Assembly: GCA_031431875.1 (NCBI GenBank)
Contig: JANPEF010000100.1
Span: 1 to 10,450, forward strand
Direction: 5' to 3'
DNA length: 10,450 bases
Source: Candidatus Eiseniibacteriota bacterium
Lineage (GTDB): Bacteria; Eisenbacteria; RBG-16-71-46; DASYSL01
Below the pieces are notes generated by a model. The model worked only from the letters and a program-made list of their open reading frames with translations, was not told the DNA's origin and ran no database searches. The translations under genes were made by a program, and so were the position numbers. Of the stretch, positions 5,216-10,450 are shown in pieces; position 1 is the first letter of the stretch, and the number at the start of each line of letters is the position of its first letter.

Positions 5216-8101
5216 CTAATCCACGACCAGCACCTGCCTCGTCTGCGTCTCCTCCCCCAGGCCCAACTTCAGGAAGTAGACCCCGTTGGGAACGCGAGAC
5301 CCCTGGTTCGAACGGAGGTCCCAGCTCAACTCGGTGAACCCGGGACGTGCGTCCGCGCGATAGAGCGAGCGGACACGGCGCCCGACGGGGTCGAAGACAT
5401 CGACCGTGCACGAGCGCCCCGCGGCGCCCGCCGGGATCCCGAAGCGAATCGTGATCGCTGCATCGTGCACGGGATTCGGCCGTGGCGCCGCGAATTCGAG
5501 TCGGGCCGGGGAGAGAGCAAGCAACCCCTCCGACTCGACGTCGGAGCACTGGATGGGCGGCTGCGGACAAGCCGGCCTCAGGGAAACGACGTTGCTCATC
5601 GCGGACCAGTTGCCGGCGTCGTCCCGCGTCTTGAGCGCGTAGTACTTCTTCGGCTGGCAGGACAGTCCCGTCACCTCGAAGGTCTCGGACGATCCACCCG
5701 GTTGTGGTGCCGGCACGGACAGCCCCGTGGCGAGCCCGAAGTTTGCCTCGGTGATCGCGCTACTCGATGTCCGCAGGTCGTACAGCGTGGCCGTGCCGCT
5801 CATCCCATCGTCGCCCGGCGCGGTCCAGGTGAGAAAGATGTGGTCGTAGCAACCCGAAGTGCCGACGAGGGACGCCGTCGCCGGGGCCACGTCCAATTGC
5901 AACGTCCAAGCGTCTTTCCTGCAAACGTAACTCGTCGTCGGAGTGCAGTTGAACATGCAGTCGAGCATCGAGGCATCCATCGTCCGCGCCCCTCCACCGA
6001 AGACCAGCATCTCGCGACGCGAGGACGACCACGCCGATGCCTGGTGTCCCCGCGCCGGGGGCTTCGTGCCGGGCTGCGGGGCCCGCTCCGCCCAGCCGAG
6101 CGTGGCGAGATCAAGAGTCCACACGTCGTTCTGACCGAGCTCGTTCGTGACCTGCACCGAGCCGCAGATCGGGCCGATACAGGTGCAGGACGTCGTGTGC
6201 CGGATCCCGCCCGAGATGACGAGTCGATTCCTCAAGGCGTCGAAGTAGGCCGAGGCCTGATAGCGACCCAGCCACGGCGCCTGCGAGAGCAACGACCAGG
6301 CGGGGTTCCCGTTCAGGTTGAGGGCGCTCACGGAGTTGCTGTTGAGCTTCGGACTCCCGCACGAGCCGCCGGTCGCCACGTCCCATCCGCCGACGAAGAG
6401 AAGGCGTTGTCCCGTCGCATCGTAGACGGCGGTTCCCTCCCTCCCCACCGGTGGGGGCGTGGACGTGACGGAGCCCCAGGTCGAGGTCGCCAGGACGAGT
6501 TTCGACACGCCATTGAACGGGTCGATGACCAGCATCTGGTCCCGCCCGGCATCGTAGATCGCGCTCGGGCGGCTGATGCCCGCGCTCGGCAGGCCCGTGA
6601 CCGAAACGATGGACCACGTCGGCGTCGCGCCGAGGCTCAACGCGTAAACGGTACGCGTGTCACCGGGTGAAGGTCCTTCTCCCCCGACGACGAGCATCCT
6701 CTGCCGGACCGGATCGTAGATTGCGGCGTGGTAGGCGCGTGCCGGCGGAGCTGCGCCCGCCGGCGTCAGCGCGGACCAGGTCCGCGTTGCCGGACTGAAC
6801 GTCCACACGTCATTGGGATACGTGCTCGGGGATCCGTTCGGTGGGACGGTTTCGCCGCCGTACAGCACGTAGCGATCGTTGGCCGAATCGTGGACCAGGC
6901 TCGAGTTCCAGCGCTGGGTCGGGCCACTGGCCGGGCACCACTCGCTCCAGAACGTCTCATCCCACGACGCAGGCAGGTCAGCGAGTCCCGGCGTCGCCCC
7001 CGCCCACTGCAGCCGCTTCACCTCGATCGTCGTGGGACCCGGGTCCCCGCAGCTCGGGTCGCAAGTGAGGGGTGGATCGTAGTCATGGACGAAGAAGAAG
7101 TCGTCGGTTCCGCCGCTCGAAATGGCCTCGGAGGCGAACCAGTTCTGCGGATACCCAGCGGCCAGCGTCCGGCCCAGCAGGTTTGGCAGCGAGGTCTTCG
7201 TGCTCCATGAGCCGGCCGTGATCCCCGCGGGATCGTTTCCGGTGACGTAGGCGATCTCGTAGGGCCCGTCGCTGCTGAAGAACAGGTACCAGAGTCCGTT
7301 CCTCTGCAGCAGATGGGGCGACTCCGACTTCGACGTCTGCGTCGTCGGGATCTTCCCGATCGCCGTCCACGAGAAGAGATTTCCGTAGGGCGCCCAGAAG
7401 ACCCACACGGCATCCTCGCTGACGGATGCGGCGGCCGTGACGTAGAGCAACCAGCCCGGCTCGGTTCCCTGGTCGCGGATGACCACGTCGCGCATGACGA
7501 AAGGATCCCGGCACTCCGACGCCGTCGGCGCGCAATAGGCGCCCGGAGCGGAGCTGCACGAGAGGAGGGGATTGCCGTTGTACGGAGTCCACTGGCTCAG
7601 GTTCTGCGATGTGGACACGCCGATCCTCTGGTGACTGTTGGCGTCGACGCCCGTGTAGAACATGTAATAAGTCGTGCCGGACTTGACGATGCTGGGAGCC
7701 CAGACCCGCTTCGCGGACCACGCCGGGTGCGACGGCATGCCCCCTGGGTAGCCGCCGTCCGGATTGACGTTCGCCAGGACGGTCCAGTTGAGGAGGTCCG
7801 TCGAAGTCACGTGGCCGAAGTCGACCTCGCTCGCCGGACCGAACTCATTGGTTCGATCGGTCCGGATGTGGAACAGGTGCGTCACGGAACCCTCGCGAAA
7901 GGCGGCGAAGTCCTTCGCGCGGATCGGATAGTCCGGCTTGTGGAAGGCGGTCGACCTCCCGTCCGGGTAGTTGTAGGGCAGGTCCGGGCAGGCGGCACCG
8001 GCGGGAGCTCCGGTGCCGAGAAGCGTGGGGATGAAGACGAGCATCGCTACGACGAACTGCTTGGTCACCGCAGTTCCGTCGACATTGGGCCGAGTTCGCA
8101 T
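5216..8101 (-). CDS. Secreted multidomain glycoside hydrolase: GH32/GH43-like five-bladed propeller, six Kelch repeats, Fn3, FlgD-Ig/T9SS-like C-terminal domain, 961 aa
   Basis: SD GGAGG at 8107-8111 and a signal peptide ending AGA. GH motifs KDF(D64), HLFHI, FGHVTSTDLLNW, WAPSIV..YYMFYTG, RDP(D199), SESP(E260). Kelch units R..H.AIYDP.R.RMLVVGG. Fn3 LTWTAPGDDG...YYALKTRDDAGNWSAMSN. CTD PNP...DVFDPVGRRVRSL...WDLRSNQGSRVPNGVYFLKL. Confidence 0.88.
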   Translation of the reverse strand: MRTRPNVDGTAVTKQFVVAMLVFIPTLLGTGAPAGAACPDLPYNYPDGRSTAFHKPDYPIRAKDFAAFREGSVTHLFHIRTDRTNEFGPASEVDFGHVTSTDLLNWTVLANVNPDGGYPGGMPSHPAWSAKRVWAPSIVKSGTTYYMFYTGVDANSHQRIGVSTSQNLSQWTPYNGNPLLSCSSAPGAYCAPTASECRDPFVMRDVVIRDQGTEPGWLLYVTAAASVSEDAVWVFWAPYGNLFSWTAIGKIPTTQTSKSESPHLLQRNGLWYLFFSSDGPYEIAYVTGNDPAGITAGSWSTKTSLPNLLGRTLAAGYPQNWFASEAISSGGTDDFFFVHDYDPPLTCDPSCGDPGPTTIEVKRLQWAGATPGLADLPASWDETFWSEWCPASGPTQRWNSSLVHDSANDRYVLYGGETVPPNGSPSTYPNDVWTFSPATRTWSALTPAGAAPPARAYHAAIYDPVRQRMLVVGGEGPSPGDTRTVYALSLGATPTWSIVSVTGLPSAGISRPSAIYDAGRDQMLVIDPFNGVSKLVLATSTWGSVTSTPPPVGREGTAVYDATGQRLLFVGGWDVATGGSCGSPKLNSNSVSALNLNGNPAWSLLSQAPWLGRYQASAYFDALRNRLVISGGIRHTTSCTCIGPICGSVQVTNELGQNDVWTLDLATLGWAERAPQPGTKPPARGHQASAWSSSRREMLVFGGGARTMDASMLDCMFNCTPTTSYVCRKDAWTLQLDVAPATASLVGTSGCYDHIFLTWTAPGDDGMSGTATLYDLRTSSSAITEANFGLATGLSVPAPQPGGSSETFEVTGLSCQPKKYYALKTRDDAGNWSAMSNVVSLRPACPQPPIQCSDVESEGLLALSPARLEFAAPRPNPVHDAAITIRFGIPAGAAGRSCTVDVFDPVGRRVRSLYRADARPGFTELSWDLRSNQGSRVPNGVYFLKLGLGEETQTRQVLVVD

Positions 8102-8139
8102 GTTTCCCTCCGTGGACGCGCCCCCGCGAACGCGCGGCG

Positions 8140-8167
8140 ATTATGCGTGCACGGCACACGATGTCAA
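8140..8167 (-). promoter_or_regulatory. Sigma70-type promoter TTGACA-N16-CATAAT for the 961-aa gene
   Basis: Perfect -35 (8167-8162) and 5/6 -10 (8145-8140). The upstream segment is AT-rich and holds palindromes ATTGCAAT (8178-8185) and GTGCA-N5-TGCAC (8211-8225). Confidence 0.75.
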
Positions 8168-8280
8168 GGATGTGTCCATTGCAATTGGGATTTCGAGTGT
8201 TTCAATTCTGGTGCATCGGTTGCACGCACGCGTGTCGGAGCGCCGTTCGACCGCGTACGCCGGCCGCACGGTACGGGTCG

Positions 8281-8320
8281 AAACGAAGAAGCGGCGGCCT
8301 TCCGCAAGGAAGAGCCGCCG
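8281..8320 (-). terminator. Probable intrinsic terminator of the patatin-ydeI unit
   Basis: 12-bp stem with one bulge (8292-8320: cggcggccttcc-gcaa-ggaag-a-gccgccg) followed on the minus strand by CTTCTTCGTTT, 40 nt past the stop at 8361. Confidence 0.6.
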
Positions 8321-8360
8321 ACATCCTGTCGGTGGGGATGGAACGCCGCCCCACGAACCC

Positions 8361-8744
8361 CTACTTTCCCTGGTACTTCCAGTTCCGCGCCTTCCCCTCG
8401 GCCAGCCACGCGATCGCCTGCTTCAGGCGCGCTGCCCGAGTCTCCTCGCGCCTGGCCTCGACGATCCACTCGACGTACTCGTAGCGATGGCTGGGCGCGA
8501 AAGCCTCGAACGTCGCGGCCGCCTTCCTGATCCGCTTCAAGGCCGCCGCAAGATCCGCCGGCACCGGCAACGCCTTCCGCGGCGTTGCCGACTTGCGTAT
8601 CGGCGCCTTCACGCCTTCGTCGTTGAGCTTCATCGCCCGCTTGATCCAGGCGTGGACGACCGCGCGCAGATGGGCGAGGATCGGGCGGGCGAACGGGGCC
8701 GACTTCGCGATGTAGGCGTCGATGCGCTCGTCCTTCGGCGCCAT
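8361..8744 (-). CDS. YdeI/OmpD-associated (OmdA) family protein with an internally deleted DUF1801 region, 127 aa
   Basis: SD GGAGGAG overlaps the end of the patatin gene. N-terminus DERIDAYIAKSAPFARPILAHLRAVVHA; C-terminus VPADLAAAL...FEAFAPSHRYEYVEWIVEARREETRAARLKQAIAWLAEGKARNWKY. It could be a pseudogene. Confidence 0.85.
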   Translation of the reverse strand: MAPKDERIDAYIAKSAPFARPILAHLRAVVHAWIKRAMKLNDEGVKAPIRKSATPRKALPVPADLAAALKRIRKAAATFEAFAPSHRYEYVEWIVEARREETRAARLKQAIAWLAEGKARNWKYQGK

Positions 8745-8748
8745 CGCT

Positions 8749-9975
8749 TCACTCCTCCCCGGAATCGACGGGCAGCGGTCGTTCGTACGGATCGGCGGGA
8801 CCGTCCCACGGCTGCACGCCAAGGGCGCGTTTCTCGCCGATCTTCTTGAGCCGCGACATCCACCCCGCGTCGATCAGCGCCTGGGCGCCCGGCTCGCCGG
8901 CGAGCCAGGCGGGCACGGAGGTCGCGCGGAACTCGACCGCGAGGCCCGGTTCGGTCGCGGTCACCGCGCGCGCAAGCTGCGTGAGGTGCGCGAGCCCCTG
9001 GATCTGCTGCCCGTAGAACATCATCCATCGGCCGCGACTCTCGACCGCCTTCCGGCTCGACGGGGTGATGGCCTGCGGCGCCTGGTGCGTCCACACGTTG
9101 ACGATCGCCCAGATGCGAAGCGTGAGCGGCGCCTCGGCAGTCGCCAGCCCGCGCGCCCGCAGCCGGCTTGCGAGGTCGCGGAGCGCCGCTTCGTCGAGGA
9201 CCATGGCCAGGTTCGACATGTTGCCGCCGTCGGCGTGGAGGTGCCCGTCGAGCATCAGCGGCGGAAACGCGCCGGGAATCGCCGAGCTCGCCTGCAGCAG
9301 GTCCTGAAAGCGCGCGAGGCCCGCCGGCGAGGCCGCGAGTTCGCGGGATATGTCCCACAACTGACCCACCCCGAGGTCGAGATTTGCCGTCGCGACGACG
9401 AGGCGCCGGTCCTCCGCGAACGCGCCGGCCAGTCCCTCGACGAGATCGCGGTTCGTCGTGCGCTCGATCATGCTGCGATATTTCGTCACGTCGAGCACGC
9501 CGCCGGATCGGCGCAACATGAAGAGCGCATCGATCGTGGGCACCCCGTCGAGTGCGGTGCGCCCGTACATCAAGTCGAGCGTATCGAGCGCCGCATCGGT
9601 CCCGAGGAGCGCCAGCGACGATTGCAGCGCGCCGGTGCTCGCGCCCGTCACGAGGTCGAACCTGGGCATCGGCTCGCCCGCGCGCGCCTTCCAGCCGCGC
9701 ATGAACCCGACCCCGTACGCGCCATGCTGCCCGCCGCCCGACAGGTAGAGCACGTCGAGCGTGCGGTCGCCGCGACGCTCGGCGCGACGGACAAGCGCCG
9801 CCACCAGCCCATCGACGACATGTCGGTGCTCGACTCGCGCGGTGACGCCGTCGGCCTCGAGCGCCTCCTGCGACACGGCGGGCCGCCGGATCGTCGCGCA
9901 GCCGGTAGTCAGACTCAGCACGACGGCAATGGCGGCGGCGGTGCGCAGGCGAGTCGGCGGAACTGCGAGGAGCAA
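8749..9975 (-). CDS. Patatin-like phospholipase family lipoprotein, about 408 aa
   Basis: LSGGGQHGAYG oxyanion loop, GASTG nucleophile elbow, ASSAIPGAFPP and DGG catalytic Asp. Start reassigned to TTG 9975 (GGAGG at 9980-9984), giving a signal peptide with lipobox-like LTTG-C26. Confidence 0.9.
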   Translation of the reverse strand: MLLAVPPTRLRTAAAIAVVLSLTTGCATIRRPAVSQEALEADGVTARVEHRHVVDGLVAALVRRAERRGDRTLDVLYLSGGGQHGAYGVGFMRGWKARAGEPMPRFDLVTGASTGALQSSLALLGTDAALDTLDLMYGRTALDGVPTIDALFMLRRSGGVLDVTKYRSMIERTTNRDLVEGLAGAFAEDRRLVVATANLDLGVGQLWDISRELAASPAGLARFQDLLQASSAIPGAFPPLMLDGHLHADGGNMSNLAMVLDEAALRDLASRLRARGLATAEAPLTLRIWAIVNVWTHQAPQAITPSSRKAVESRGRWMMFYGQQIQGLAHLTQLARAVTATEPGLAVEFRATSVPAWLAGEPGAQALIDAGWMSRLKKIGEKRALGVQPWDGPADPYERPLPVDSGEE

Positions 9976-10009
9976 GGGACCTCCGGGAACGTCGTGGCGA
10001 ATGGCCGCC

Positions 10010-10038
10010 AGTCTACTCCCGCCATTGCGCGATGCCAC
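10010..10038 (-). promoter_or_regulatory. Putative sigma70 promoter GTGGCA-N17-TAGACT for the patatin gene
   Basis: TAGACT at 10015-10010, 7 nt before an A at 10002, upstream of the SD at 9984. Confidence 0.45.
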
Positions 10039-10053
10039 GCCCGGAGTTCCCCC

Positions 10054-10082
10054 TCGACGCCCGCGGCACCGCGGGCTAGGGT
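10054..10082 (+). promoter_or_regulatory. Putative sigma70 promoter TCGACG-N17-TAGGGT, leaderless PaaI transcript
   Basis: The -10 TAnnnT ends exactly 7 nt before ATG 10090, with no SD. Confidence 0.5.
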
Positions 10083-10089
10083 CCCCGCC

Positions 10090-10450
10090 ATGAACCCCTC
10101 ACCCTTCGCCCACCTGCCGCCGATGACGAACGACGAGGTGGCGCGTCTCCGCGAGCGCGCCATGGCGGTCCCGATCTCCAGCGCGCTCGGGTTCTCACTG
10201 GTATCGCTCGAGCGCGGCGTCTGTCGGCTGGCGATGGCGCGCAACCCGAAGTTCGACGGGATCTATCGCTCGTTGCACGGCGGACTGATGATGACGCTCG
10301 CCGACTCGGCGGGCGCCTTCGCGCTGCTGACGGTGGTCGACCCGGACGAGGCGGTGACGACGACCGAGATGAACATCCGCTTCCTCGCGCCGGTGCACGA
10401 TCGCCTGGTGGTCACGGCGCGGGTGCTCAAGGCCGGCAAGACGCTCTGCC
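10090..10450 (+). CDS. PaaI-family hotdog-fold thioesterase; 3'-partial, runs off the right edge
   Basis: Not in the ORF track. MNPSPFAHLPPM...ALGFSLVSLERGVCRLAM...DGIYRSLHGGLMMTLADSAGAFA...TTEMNIRFLAPV...VTARVLKAGKTLC shows the HGG..D motif and hotdog strand pattern. Confidence 0.9.
   Translation, partial: MNPSPFAHLPPMTNDEVARLRERAMAVPISSALGFSLVSLERGVCRLAMARNPKFDGIYRSLHGGLMMTLADSAGAFALLTVVDPDEAVTTTEMNIRFLAPVHDRLVVTARVLKAGKTLC

Noticed and set aside
7985..8000. Lipobox at GAAC in the 961-aa protein
   Set aside because: The -3 residue is Gly and the Cys is far from the h-region. Signal peptidase I cleavage after AGA fits better with a C-terminal sorting domain.
4652..8530. Plus-strand ORFs 4652..6670 and 7313..8530 and other short overlapping ORFs
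   Set aside because: Shadows of arfB and the 961-aa gene, with no motifs or translation signals.
9976..10038. ORF-track start of patatin at 10038
   Set aside because: The extension overlaps a likely promoter. TTG 9975 has an SD and yields a proper lipoprotein signal peptide.

Overview
Very GC-rich bacterial DNA. A FlgD-Ig/T9SS-like C-terminal domain on one protein suggests an FCB-related lineage such as Ca. Eisenbacteria (inference). I read nine CDSs, two of them absent from the ORF track because they run off the window edges. Left, minus strand: a two-gene unit 1 nt apart. It encodes a sensor-less, highly degenerate MCP-like protein (2963..1497) and a CheA-like Hpt/HATPase/CheW/REC protein (1495..<1) that seems to have lost its phospho-His and all ATP-binding boxes. 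This apparent pseudo-chemoreceptor plus pseudo-kinase pair is the most unusual feature. Divergent from it, a near-consensus sigma54 promoter precedes a conserved-looking uncharacterised helical protein (3352..4389). Next come a probably leaderless lipoprotein coupled to arfB, and a compositionally distinct secreted GH32/GH43-like propeller-Kelch-Fn3-FlgD protein with its own sigma70 promoter. The right end holds a hairpin-rich intergenic region, a YdeI/OmdA gene with an in-frame internal deletion, a patatin lipoprotein and a divergent PaaI thioesterase. No rRNA, tRNA, CRISPR array or transposase was seen. All family calls come from motif reading by eye; no searches were run.
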